A DNA stretch of 63,591 nt, counting the filler, from Neolecta irregularis DAH-3 (lineage: Eukaryota): assembly GCA_001929475.1 (NCBI GenBank). It is 16 parts of 16 records of this genome, joined end to end, with 100 filler letters (N's around TTAATTAATTAA, not from the genome) between each part and the next. Parts side by side here need not be neighbours in the genome. Positions count along the whole stretch, not along the records: positions 14,468 to 30,872 come from LXFE01002715.1; positions 30,973 to 32,107 come from LXFE01002717.1; positions 32,208 to 41,254 come from LXFE01002719.1; 13 more parts are not named here. One strand, 5' to 3'. The position numbers and the translations under genes are program-made. This document shows, one piece after another, positions 23,023 through 35,015 of the stretch. Positions within the stretch are counted from its first letter, which is position 1; every line of letters begins with the position of its first letter. The notes below the pieces were generated by a model, which searched no databases, had not been told where the DNA came from, and saw only the letters and a program-made list of their open reading frames with translations.

Positions 23023-24388
23023 ATGTTGCGAAAACTCTTTTACTTGCTCGCACTTTCTGCTCATATTTGCTCCGCCCATCTTCGTGACTCTTTCACTCTC
23101 ATCAGGGATAAATTTCCTCAACGCGATATCAGCTTCAGCAATCGGAAACAATATCTCATCCGTGATCTCATCACGGTCGGGGGTTGGGAAAACCAATCTC
23201 TCACAAGCAAAGTAACAAGTTCGATAATAAGTACCTGCGAAAATCATTGCCTCTCAGTAGAGAACTTTTGCCGTTCATTCGCTGTGATCGTGAAAATACA
23301 AATCCCGGAAGTACAATGTTTAATTTTCAGCACAAAGTCATCTGAAATAACCTATTCAATAAATAAGAGCACCCCTAATCATCTTTTAGGAGTATATGAG
23401 TAAGTGCTTGAGTCTGGCAGAAAGCATCTGATAGTATAGTGTTAAAGACGAATTTGTTGAAGACATTGTTGCAAGAATCCTTGATGATCCCGAAATACTT
23501 CAAGGACAGCGTGCCAAACAGCTTTTAACTAAACATGGGTTATCACCGAAAAGTAAATCGGATGGCTGGGAGTTGATGCTGGAATTTCTACGTCTCTGCA
23601 ATACTGCTTTACGTGCCAAACCACCAACAGAAGTTGATTTCGATAAATGGGTTGGCGGGGAAACCGTTGCAGGTTCTCGAAGGAAGTCTGCTGACCATTG
23701 GATTTCATCCAACCAAGAAATTACTCGGGGTGTCCAACCATCAGCTAGGCGTTTGAGGATTACAGAAAATGTTTCTTCGCTACCCTTTAGCACTCTTGTG
23801 TTGGCTTTTCTTGATATAATCAGTCAAGGAGTCGGTATAACTGTTTTCGATCCCTTGGAACAGACGCTTTTCATCAAAGGACCTGATGTCCACATGCTCG
23901 TCGTTTCGTTTAGCTCCACCGAGTTCGCTGTGGCGCGATTTGACAAATCTGGGCTTATCGATAACGCAAATGAAAAAATTCCTCTTCAAATAAACCTTTT
24001 TTTAATGTCTAACTATGACGAAGATCGGAACCCATCTGTCTTGGAAATGTTTGAAAAAGCAATGAATCGTTTTCACCACAAGGCCCATGACCACAAGGCC
24101 CAGTTTTCACCAGTTTTTCTCCCTTCCTTTCGGCCGGATGGTGACCAAGAAATCAATGGCTTACAAACAGTGCTAACCGTGATATTTTCTCATTCCCATC
24201 CTGAATTATTTGATATTGCACTCAAAATAAACACCAAAGGCCCATTAATCAAGAATCTCATGAACGCTGTGGTTTCTAGCGTATATCGAAATAAACAGAA
24301 ATCGGAGTTATTCGGATCCAACATTTTGAGAACACTCGAAGTTGGTAGCTTGGCAGATATTAACATCATCACCACAGGTACTACCTGA
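23023..24388 (+). CDS. Secreted protein, PAN/apple-like module plus shared C-terminal domain (family member 2)
   Basis: MLRKLFYLLALSAHICSA and motif C-x3-C-x6-C-x15-C. A phase-2 intron 23400-23439 restores frame with ORF 23573-24388. FDPLEQTLFIKGPDVHMLVVSF aligns with member 1. Confidence 0.8.
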
Positions 24389-24576
24389 CAGATATACTGG
24401 AGGATTAGAGAAGTTTATGTTGATTTCTATATTTCTCTATAACACTGTTGATTTTATAATATAAATCATATGCCCACTATTCATTGAATCTTACCATGCA
24501 AGAAACAATTATTGTTCACATCGGTAGGCACATATGATATGACGTCCTCTAGCATTCCATCCACTCATCGCCGAAA

Positions 24577-25420
24577 ATGGAATCCAGTAAGGAAAAGAAA
24601 CCAGCTCCAATTGTGCCGGTATCGCATCTAAATCTCATCCTTGACTCTCGGGTTTAGGGCGGTGCAGTTACAGCGATAATGATGGATCTTGTGGTCTTCC
24701 TCTCGATACTATAAAGACCCGCTTTCAGATACATGAAGGACTTTACCAGAATAGCGCTTCAAAGGGTTATACAGATGATATGCGAGCGTTGCGGCCTGTA
24801 CTGTGCGACCTGGTGTGTTTTTCACACGACCTTTTTAAATCTTTATTCACAGTTGCAGAATCCTTTATATCTATGAAAACGTAAAAGGTCTTCTCCCAGC
24901 AGCTGGTTCACTAGTTAATAACATGGTGTCTTCATCGATTTCCGAAGGCATCAGTTTGGAATTCTAGTTCCGGCAGAAGAATTAAACAACGTATACCTGT
25001 TGGATCAACAACATGGGGTCTTTTCCATAGTATCTTTTCCATAGTATCTTTTCAAATGGAGAGCATTCGGTTTTATAGAGAGGATATTTAAACATGCTAA
25101 AATCTTCCGTTCACTGCCATTCAGTTTGCTATGTATGGGGAAATCAAGAAAGTTATAGTGAAGAAACAGAGGTCTTTACCATTTGGTGGGGTGAGTTTAT
25201 GCGCAAGTTTATTAGTAGAATTAATTGCTGCTTCAGTAACCGTAATTCCCCTTGTATTATCACACGAATTATAGATGCCGCTGGATGTTGTTAAACCCCG
25301 AATTATGCTGTCTTAGGAGCCTAGAACAATAGCCCAGATGACAAGGATTATTCGACAGGAAGATGGAATTCATGGTCATCCGTGCGATCTGGACAGATTT
25401 GGGATTATATCTTGGTTATG
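24577..25420 (+). pseudogene. Mitochondrial carrier pseudogene, S-adenosylmethionine carrier (Pet8/Sam5)-like
   Basis: Colinear fragments in shifting frames: MDLVVF(P)LDTIKTRFQ, FKGLYR*, YENVK, MVSSSISE..VPAE, L*RGY, PFTAIQFAMYGEIKK and PLDVVKPRIML. Confidence 0.8.
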
Positions 25421-25716
25421 AGGGGTTTCTCGGTTTTCTTATTAATGAAAATGATTGCGAAGTTGACAATAGCGATACTGTTTTCAATCTAATCCTTTGT
25501 TTAGTTACGGCACTGTTAGTTTTGTCAAGATAACTGTAGGCTAACGGACCATCATATGAACCTGGTCACTTATGTTTTTCATACACAAATATATTCTCAC
25601 TGAAAACCGAAATAATAAGTGTAGTGCTAGTCATTTCCAAGTGTTCAGATCCTGCGATAATGACGTAGGTCCCACTTCGAGCCCCGCCTCCAAGCGAGCG
25701 TGCAATAGCCCATCCA

Positions 25717-26444
25717 ATGCCTCTCTTCACAGCCAGTTCTTCCTCTGTTGCCCACAGTTTCGTCAAAGAGGGAATCGTCCCGGATGTCATCCACGACATT
25801 AACCCGAAAGTATTGGTCCTTGTGAGATACGGTGAGAAAGATGTTGGTCAGGGAGAGATCTTGTCCGTCCATGGTACACGTACCGTAATGGACTCGCTAA
25901 CCTTTCAGAAACCCAAGAGAGACCAAGGATTCTGCTAGTGCCCCGCGACTCCAGTCCTGATAATGGAGGGAAATACACTGTAGTTCTTGTACGTGACATT
26001 CGGCGATACCCAAGCTCATCTCAAGGCCGATCCAGATGCCCCCAGCCGTGCAGATCCGAAGTGGAGGAATTGTGCACACTGGGTGCACTCTGGACTGTCG
26101 CTGTCCATGCCAGAGAGTCTCGCCCAAACTGGAAATACAGGCGGCACCAATCTCTCTGAGGGAAACGAGATTTTGGAGTATACGGGGTATCTAGATTGTA
26201 CGCCGCCGCGCTAAAAGCTAGGCCCGCTCCGACTGAAGCTACCGGATTGCATCGATACTGTTTTCTAGTGTTCAAAGCATGGCTGTTGTTCTGAGAGAGT
26301 GACTGACAGGCACAGGAGGGCAGCAAGCAGATTCCCCAGTTCACAGGAGGGCGAGAATGCTGGGATATAGAAAAGTGGGCCGGCCAGGGTGATTTGACTT
26401 GTGTGGGCGCTTCTTGGTTCCTTGCTCGGAATGCCAACCAGTAA
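25717..26444 (+). CDS. Phosphatidylethanolamine-binding protein (PEBP/Tfs1 family)
   Basis: IVPDVI, YTVVL/ADPDAPSR, HWV, EYTG/PAP..TGLHRYCFL and GASWF. Confidence 0.92.
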
Positions 26445-26543
26445 AGCGGGCAGTGCTTTTCCTGTTTCTTAGATCAGCAATGCCAGTTCCTTAGCGTGTT
26501 GGTTGTCCCATTAGCCCGCCTCTCCTACCCCATAACCACCGCC

Positions 26544-27414
26544 ATGGCTACAGATCAGCCCATCCCAACTGACACTGAACAATCCCAGTCCGGATCAGAT
26601 ACTCCGCTTCTCGGGCGCGCAGGAGATGCGACTCAATCTGAAAGAGCTGCAATTTGGACCAACCTGCTCACTGGCACTGTATGTTTAATCGCCGACCATG
26701 TCCTGACAGCTAGGCTCCTGTCGCCCAGGTCGGCATATTCGTCATCTTCCTGGCTATCTGGTCCGTTGTCTTGACTTCAGAGTACAGTCTCTTCTCCCCA
26801 CATCCCGTATTTTTCCGCCAGTCTGTGCATCTCTCATATATAGCTGCTCAACTCGGCTGCTCTTGTGTTACTTATACAGAGTATTTTGCTGCTTCAGCCA
26901 ACCCACACGCCCGAGCAGAAACAGGAAGGCGCTATACTGCACTCCATTCTTAACGGCGTGGCACTTTTAGAATTTATCTCTGCATTAGTCATCATCGTTC
27001 TGAATAAGCAGTCTCATAACTGTAGAGCTATCCTTTTTCCCAACGAGTCACTTATCTTTAGCGAAACACTTCACTTCACTGCATGGCAAGCTTGGATTGA
27101 CAACCTACATCCTCCTGTTCATTCAGGTATCCTTGTTTCTATCCCTATCTCACATATAGGCTCTTGTGGGATTTCTCCAATATTATACACCGGGAGCCTT
27201 TGGTTCGATTGAAAATGCAAAGAAAGTGTACAAGTATCACAGAGCAAGCGGCTACATAATCCTCTTGTTTGGTCTTGTAAACGCGATTCTTGGGACACAG
27301 ACTGATTACTTTTACGGCTTATTCAGTGTAACATGGATCTGGGTTTTAGCGGGTATCTTGGTGTTTGCAGGAGTGGCGAGTAGACTTAAAGTCAGTAAAA
27401 TGAAGATGTTTTGA
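26544..27414 (+). CDS. Cytochrome b561-domain membrane protein
   Basis: Heme-His motifs FSPHP, LHSILN, HFTSLHGKLG and KYHRASGY, with multiple TM helices. Confidence 0.9.
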
Positions 27415-27459
27415 TGGGGTTTATTTTTATTTTTACTTTGTTATAGCTCATGTTAATAG

Positions 27460-28382
27460 TTAGTGTTGTCTATAGGCTTCGAGATATTGAATTTCCATTT
27501 CATGGCATCGTGACCCCGGAAGAACAATTGAATGTAGCGGAGGACCGATATCGGCCTGTGCTAATTCCTTCAAAGCAGCGTAAACGATTTTCTGATCCCG
27601 AGATCCAATTCTTGAAACACCGATGGCCATTGTGTCAGGGGAATATACTAGTCATTAATGCCGTTACACCACAGGTAAAGGCCTACCTTTCTCATTTCTC
27701 AAATCTTCAATTTCCAACATCTGGTTTGCAGCCTGAGAAACAGTCATATAGCGTGGCTCCTCGTAAATTTTCCTGGCCCGGGCAAGATTTTCTAGACTCT
27801 GTTCCTTAACCTTGATATCTACACGTCAAGCCATCCTGGTCCGAGATAAGGCACCGAGAAGTACAAGAGTATGAAGTCCGATCTTCCGGTTCTCAGAAAT
27901 TCTGACGTACCACGAATCAGGCTTCCAGGTTTCTGTGAAAAATGGCAATGATACAGTTTGCCCAAAGTTGTAAAGTTGAAGGCCACATGCTCCAATCACA
28001 TTTAATATTGATGCGTTATGAATAATCTCGACTGGGATGTTCATTTCTCTAGCTCGAATAACCAAATCAGTATGCGTCGTTGCTCTATCATGAAGTTCAA
28101 GTCATTTGCAAGAGCGTACCCAAATGGATCGCCAACAACTAAAAATGAAACGTTCACGGATCCAGCGTTCCGTAGAATTTCATCACTGTTACTCTCAACG
28201 ACCTCTCTATCGGCAATAATAACGTCCTTCTCATAAAATCTTGAAAGAGATTCGCAGGAGACATGGGGTAGAATTGAAGTATATGATTCTAGATATACTC
28301 GTTCCGACGCTTTAATTGCCTCGAGGCCTTTCAGCGTTATGTCTTTCTCGTCGGAAAGGCCTAGTCCAATAATGTAGAGCAT
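27460..28382 (-). CDS. DPH5: Diphthine methyl ester synthase
   Basis: [58 protein letters not shown] and GPPLHSIV. Confidence 0.97.
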
Positions 28383-28788
28383 CACTGCTGGCTGGTAGTG
28401 CGAATGGGTGTTCTTTACCAGGTAGGGACTTTTCAATTTTTGTACAAATTGAAAATTCGTGGTATTCGCTTTTGTTAACGCCACAACACGCGTTCGGCAT
28501 GCAAATACCCGCACGACCGCAGCTACCTAATATGGAATGGCATATTTCGATCTGTTCAACCATCAGCTGGTATTAAATGATTTTTATATGCTGATCNNNN
28601 NNNNNNCACACAACGGTACTCGCAAAGTCAGACATAGAAGAGGACGCCACAGCTATGGGCGCCCTCCCTGTCCGAGACTTTTGGATCCCCATGTGGATGG
28701 TGTTCCACAGGGACCAGTCAGATGACAGGACGGTGGCGCGCAAGGACGGGTATATAGGTAGCGCCCAGCGTGGTTCCAACTCGAGAGT

Positions 28789-29405
28789 ATGTCTGCGATT
28801 CCTACCATACATTTGAAAGATTATCCCAATGATGCCGGTTTCATGGATACAGAAGAAACGAATACTCCGGTCGAGTTAAAGGTCCAAGGACAAATCCCTG
28901 CGTGGGTTAAGTAACTCTCTGTGCTTTTGATTAGGCTTACGATGCGAGCGGAGTGCTCTATCGAACTGGACCCGGAAGATATACAGTTGATTGTGACAAT
29001 GGCCGTCAGTTCCAGGTTCAGCATTGGTAAATGATTATTCCCGACTGCGTTTACAGGCAGGTTTGACGGTTTCTCGTTAAACCATCGCTTCGACATCGGT
29101 TCAGATGGAGCAGTTTTTTATAGGAGTCGTTTTGGAACCGATGCCATGATAGAGAAGATTCGCAAAACCGGCAAGCTGGATGAGATATCGTTTGCCCAAA
29201 GAGATCTTTGTCAGTCTACCTTCTCCAAGTTTTTCACAGTCTTCAAATCTGATCTTTTGAATCCTGAAAATTCTACGAGTCCATCGGACTGCAATGCCGG
29301 TGTAACAATTAGTCCCGGATTTGCAAGTACAAAAACATCCCATCGACCCCTGACCACTAAAACGGACGCCAATCAGCTACAAGAGATTGATGAAGAAACT
29401 CTTGA
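28789..29405 (+). CDS. Carotenoid cleavage oxygenase (RPE65/CCO family), 5' part
   Basis: VELKVQGQIPAW, GVLYRTGPG, HW/FDG, FYRSR, FAQRDLC, NAGVT and KTDANQLQEID. Cut by an N gap. Confidence 0.9.
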
Positions 29406-29565
29406 NNNNNNNNNNATATTCGCTCTTGTTAACGCCACAACACGCGTTCGGCATGCAACTACCCGCACGACTACCCGCACGGCTGCAGCTACCTACTATG
29501 GAATGGCATATTTCGATCTGTTCAACCATCAGCTGGTATTAAATGATTTTTATATGCTGATCCTA

Positions 29566-30200
29566 GGACGTCTCACAGAAAACGTTGATGTTGCAACTAG
29601 TAGTTTGACAAGGTTCAATCTCGCTCCTTCAATTTGCATCTCGATATGCCCGTGTGAGCCCTGCACACCTAGCAGCTTCTCTTCGGCAACAGCGCAGCAC
29701 ACTCGCGAGAGCTTTTAAAAGGCCATTTTCTTTCTGAACCATCAGGGGGAACGAGGACCTAGACGAAGGATTGTATTCCGTAGTTTCACTGATAGTGGAG
29801 CTTCTGAGACAAGTTTCGATATGAAAGGCGAATCTATCACCGTTCAGAATTACTTCCTTCGCACATATAATAAGAGACTAAAATATCCCCAAGCCATGTG
29901 TATAAGCTTCAGTCTTGAAACTTTTCTAACATAATAGGCTGCAGGACCTCTAGAAAAGATATTTTACCTCTTCAATGTTGTATCGTTCAATTGGTTTGTC
30001 TCAAGCTCACACCTCCCTCTCTAATTTACTAAAGCCAGTGATATGCGGGTGCATTACCCCATTATATCCCTAGAAAAATCATCTAATCCCGAGAGAGAGC
30101 GCTAAGGAATATCACCAAATAATCTGCAACAACTTGACTGGGCGCGGGTCAGAGAGTATGGACTTGAGATCGACTGGAACATGATGGAAATTGCAGGGGT
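29566..30200 (+). pseudogene. Argonaute remnant (L1-PAZ-L2 region)
   Basis: NVDVATS (L1), ELLKG, then SFDMKGESITVQNYFLRTYNKRLKYP (PAZ) and LQQLDWARVREYGLEIDWNMMEIAG (L2). Stops and frameshifts lie between these blocks. Confidence 0.78.
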
Positions 30201-30463
30201 TTTCTACATAGAGTTACTGCGGGTGTGGGGGACTCGAGAGTTCCCCAACATATCGAGAACAGCCGCCGGCACGCCACCACCACATTTGGCAAGTTCGGCG
30301 CAATAACGCGCAGACACAGGAATCGCCACCTAAGTGGAGGCTGACAGACGAATGGCGGTAGTTAATGCATAGTTTTGTTATAAGCAGCGTCTTATGTGAT
30401 TAGCAGACTAGACTTCAACTCGGTAGTCACTCTAAGTAGTTACTGCTGCGCCAAGTGACTACA

Positions 30464-30740
30464 TGTAAGGATATACACTCCAGTATATCCTTACCAAGGA
30501 CGGAAATGGTAGGGTGGCTGATGAGGCTTGACCTAAACAGTATAAAGTGCTGGAATGGGGAAATACTTCGGGTGCGTTCGCCAGCCACCATAAAAAGAAT
30601 GAACTTGCCCTTAATATTTTTGGGACAAATATTTGGATATTTGGATGAAAATGGTGGCTGCTGAGCACACACTGACTGGATCAGTATTCTTTTCTCCAAG
30701 TACGTCCATGTGGGGACTATCAAGTCCCACCGCCCCTACA
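30464..30740 (+). mobile_element. Possible solo LTR (TGTA...TACA) with terminal hairpin
   Basis: GTAAGGATATAC-actcca-GTATATCCTTAC forms a perfect 12-bp stem resembling 5466. No clear TSD. Confidence 0.4.
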
Positions 30741-31377
30741 CAACGGTACTCGTAAAGTCAGACATAGAGGACGCCACAAGCTGTGGGCGCCCTCCCAGTC
30801 CGAGACTTTGGATCCCCATGTGGATGGTGTTCCACAGGGACCAGTCAGATGACAGGACGGTGGCGCGCAAGGNNNNNNNNNNNNNNNNNNNNNNNNNNNN
30901 NNNNNNNNNNNNNNNNTTAATTAATTAANNNNNNNNNNNNNNNNNNNNNNNNNNNNNNNNNNNNNNNNNNNNTCGATTGTGAGTGGCGAATCACCACAAC
31001 TCAAATAATGAGGAGGCGAATGAACGGCTGCATTGTAAAAAACTTCCAAATCTAATGTGAGATCAAGGCAAGTTCAATAGGTGTTTACTGAATGTCTTTG
31101 TTGCAAGAACAATTGCAAAGAGATGTGTGAAAAGCTGAACTCTCATTCGATCCCTGTGCTTTGAGAAAGATCCCGGATCCTTTTATAACAACATTTAATT
31201 GTATTGTCTTGAAACCAAAATGAATATTAAGTTGTTTGGAATTTATTCGGCAGGAATAGGTGAGTTGAAGTGTCTAGTCGGAAAGTAATTACAGCGTGTC
31301 CACCAATCTCCGACGGGCGGGCGGGTCAAAACGTTTCCGGCAGGCGCGTGGGCAGGTAGGTGGCTCGTCTTTTTTGA

Positions 31378-31760
31378 CAATTAGGATAGGTGCAATACAA
31401 TATTCACTAAATAACCAAAATTACTGACATAAAATGATTTCTATCTGGCTATTTCTTTCATTGGTGAAGTATGTTGCAAAAAGTTCAAGTCGAATCATCT
31501 TGATCACAGTGTCACGTGATCATTGGCAAATCTTGTGAGCCTAACTTAGAGCAAATGGCAATCAATTCACAGTTGAACAACCAACCAACGTATTCAAATG
31601 AAACAAGCACTATCGGGATCGGAATTTATAGGCGAACCTAATGGTCTGTCAACAAATCCAATACAAGAAAGTCAAAGGGGGACCTTTGAGGAAGCATCAC
31701 ATGTAAGCGCTGTATTCAAAACAGATCACAGGAAACCGTAATTACCACGGGCGGATGCGC
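31378..31760 (+). repeat. Non-coding dispersed repeat containing GATCACAGTGTCACGTGATC
   Basis: Colinear with 50131-50410 and partly with 54392-54512. Confidence 0.85.
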
Positions 31761-32207
31761 CTTGATGAGGGCTTTCCAACTGTACCAAAGTCATTGAGAT
31801 TGGAGCACTCTCCAGGTGGGTGGTTTGGATCTCTTGGTGAAGGCGGGTGGATGGACACACCGAAAGTAAATACAAATCTCCGATGTCACAACATGTCTTG
31901 AACCCAATCACACGTGTCATCTCTATCTCGATTCCCGTTAGTACGTGTCAGACATATTTGAGACACGCTCTTTTATGAAATTGCAACCTTCAACGTCGCC
32001 TCCCAATCCAACTACTCTCATTATGCTACCACTTCATTTCCCGGGGTTGAAACAAGTACTACTGGTACTTAATCAATTACGTTGATATTTCGCTGTCGTC
32101 CTCATATNNNNNNNNNNNNNNNNNNNNNNNNNNNNNNNNNNNNNNNNNNNNTTAATTAATTAANNNNNNNNNNNNNNNNNNNNNNNNNNNNNNNNNNNNN
32201 NNNNNNN

Positions 32208-32275
32208 TTACTTGCTTACAAAGCAAGTAAGTAAGCAAGTCTTACTTGACAGACTTACTTAATAGCAAGTCTGCA
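32208..32275 (-). mobile_element. DNA transposon (hAT-like) terminus with AAGCAAGT subterminal repeats
   Basis: tagcaagtctgca is the exact reverse complement of tgcagacttgcta at 50725, which precedes a hAT transposase remnant. Confidence 0.7.
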
Positions 32276-32276
32276 C

Positions 32277-32565
32277 ACGGCCCATCTAAATCAAGAGAAA
32301 TAGGTTCCGGATGTTCAACAAACAAATCGATTGGAACCAAGTTGCAGTATCATAGTAATACATTTGATTTCCTTCACTTGATCTTTGTCAGTTTGAGAAG
32401 ATCCATACAGAAACCCAGCAATCTGGGTTCGTAGGTCAGTGATAGCGATGAATTTCTTCAAAAGGTTGACTGGCATAATGTAGGTATACCTTCCAGATTC
32501 CTTTACATCATCGCTTGATACGTATACGTTTCTCGTTAGAGCAGGCAAGTTGGTAGCAGCTACTG
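32277..32565 (-). pseudogene. Isolated PRP8 fragment (Jab1/MPN region)
   Basis: [51 protein letters not shown]. No Prp8 sequence recognisable upstream, and a transposon end lies downstream. Confidence 0.85.
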
Positions 32566-33688
32566 CTTCTGCTTGTACAAAATCGCGAAACCGGAGGGTA
32601 CAATGTACCCGAGAAAAGTTAACTGTCGACGATTGAAAACTTACCTCAATAGGGGCTCCAATCCAAAGCAGTAACCTACTGTTGAGTCTTACTATCCCTC
32701 CGTTCTCTCGCTTCCCTCCTCCATGGCCAGACTCTTAGTCAATGTCTAGGGTTAGGGTTAGACATGTCATACCAATCCTTTGGAAGTGAATTTTTAACAT
32801 CATACGCCTCCTATCCGGGGGCAAGTCAGAATACTCCAGTTTCTATCGGGACGTATTACTCCCTCTCGCTCCACTGCTCCTACAGTCTTTTTCACTATCC
32901 TAAATTGATTCATTGCCTCCGAAATTACCCTATCTTTCAGAATTACTTATAACGGAAAACTCTTCGTTCACCTTTAAAAGTTCACGTTACATCAAAATAC
33001 CCGAGAAATCATTTTCAGTATGACATGGAGTGCCAGGATTCGACGCTGACTTCTGTTTCCCTTACCATTCTCGATATACGGGAGTATGAGGGGGACTGGG
33101 GAGTCACCTGGCAGAATCTGGCGCTTAACATAGTTCTTTTCTTTTCTTTCATTATTAAACTTTCTGATGGCTTAAATGACGTCGTGTCATTCTGCGGGGG
33201 GATATTTAGATCATAGCTTTTCTTCTCTCTCAATAATAAGAACAACTATAAGAATAAGAATACTGACGAGCTGGGCAGAAAAGGCCGGACTGTTGAGAAT
33301 CCACAAAACAGGAGGCTCGCCCAGTCTTCCCTCTGTCACAAAACTCAGAAAACAACAAAACACGCCACACAAAACTCTGTCCTCTTCTACCAGTAGCATC
33401 CCCTGCGTGTGTCAAGCTTGCAGCACAGATGACACTAATTCTCATGGAACACTACGGTGCATGACCAGAAGCAACAACGAACAAGTCTGATGTCTCAGTG
33501 AAAATACAAAGTGAAATCTCCATACCTAATAAATATCTCAGTGGAAATACAAAGTGAGAATATCAGGTAAGGTGATATGTACAGTTCTAAATAAAAGAAA
33601 CGTCTGTCAATTTACCTCTCACATGCAACATTTCACAATGTCACACAACACCACACAGCATAGTACATTATAGTAAGTTCAACAAAGC

Positions 33689-35015
33689 TTACTGATTCTT
33701 TTTTCCATTGAACTTTTTATTCCAATTCTTTTTTGACTTTGTATTACTTCTTGCACTCGTTTCACTTGTCAAGCTTTTCATCAATTCATTGAATGTCAAT
33801 TTCCTGCTTCCATGGGTTGCACCTTTCTTTACAGCGGTTGCAACTTTTGGCGGAGAACCTTTCTTCATGGAACTAGGGGTCTTCTCGCTCTGTGTCTGTT
33901 GGGAGGTATATACACTGTTATTAGATGTATGAAGAAAAACAAGAGAATACTTGTAAGCATAATATGTTCGTTTGCTTATGCTTTCAGATATATTCGTTAC
34001 AAGATCCAGAGACATGATTGCGAATGGTGTTGAAGGAACTTCCTTAAACTTGGATGATTTTTCCTCAAGAGTTTCCGGCGTAATTCCCAACGGGACCAAA
34101 GTCCTCTCATCCTCGTGATAATAAGTCTCAAATTCTTGCTCGAACAAAAAGCAAGCATTATATCGAAAATGCCTAAATGTGACAGTGGCCTGGCAGGAGG
34201 TCGATCTTAGGCACCAGGATAGACAGAGAGCGGCAATATCTTTGAGGGCATGACGCTCGTCAAATTTGTATAAGAAACCGCCTTTAGGTGACTGAGGATC
34301 ATCAAAGGGAGATTCCATTAGCCCAAATTGTTTAAACTCGCGAGCTGAGACTATCGAGCTTTTCTTTACGGTTCCAGGGGTTGTAACGACTTCCTTCGCT
34401 TTGTCAGAGCGAACAATTGTCGAGATTTTCATTAATCCAGGACTTGTAAACAAACCACTACTTCCAGGGGTTTTAACATCAAGGCCTTTCGATCTAGGTG
34501 TCTTCGCGCTCTGTGTCTGTTGAGAGGTATGTACGCTGTTATTAGATGTATGAAAAAAAACCAAGACAATACTTGTAAGCATAATATGTTCCTGGGCTAA
34601 TGCTTTGAGATATAAATGTTACAATATCCTGAGACAATGTGAATGACCCTAAATATTCTTCCGGAGAAAAAGATGATTTGCTCTCAAGAGTTTCCTGTGG
34701 AATGTCCAACATGGCCATAGTCCCTATATCCTCCTGACTAGAGTCAAATTCTTTCACGAACAAAAAGCAAGCTGTTTCTCGATCAATAAAAATTGTGACA
34801 GTTGCCCGGCACTCTGTCTTTCCTAGGCACCAGGATAGACAGAGAGCGGCAGTATCTTCGAGGTCACGGGAATCAGACATGTCATCATAGTAGTCGAAGG
34901 GAACCTCTTCGAGTGACTTGGGAAAGTGTAATTTACTTAGTCCGAATTGTGTAAATGTGCTAGCTGCAACGAGTGCAACCATGCATGACATAACAGTGAA
35001 TAACTTTGAAACCAT
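33689..35015 (-). CDS. Secreted protein with two tandem PAN/apple-like repeats, frameshifted near 34555 (family member 3)
   Basis: MVSKLFTVMSCMVALVAA, then two copies of AALCLSWCL-x4-C..TVT..ACFLF..TYYAYKY..HTSNNSV.TSQQTQS.KTP. Repeat 1 has one extra base at the A8/CC run relative to repeat 2. Confidence 0.75.

Noticed and set aside
32746..32761. ctagggttagggttag telomere-like sequence
   Set aside because: Under three units, too short to call an interstitial telomere.
33493..33557. Two copies of tctcagtg.aaatacaaagtga with a spacer
   Set aside because: Only two units in a eukaryotic 3' flank, so a local duplication rather than a CRISPR-like array.
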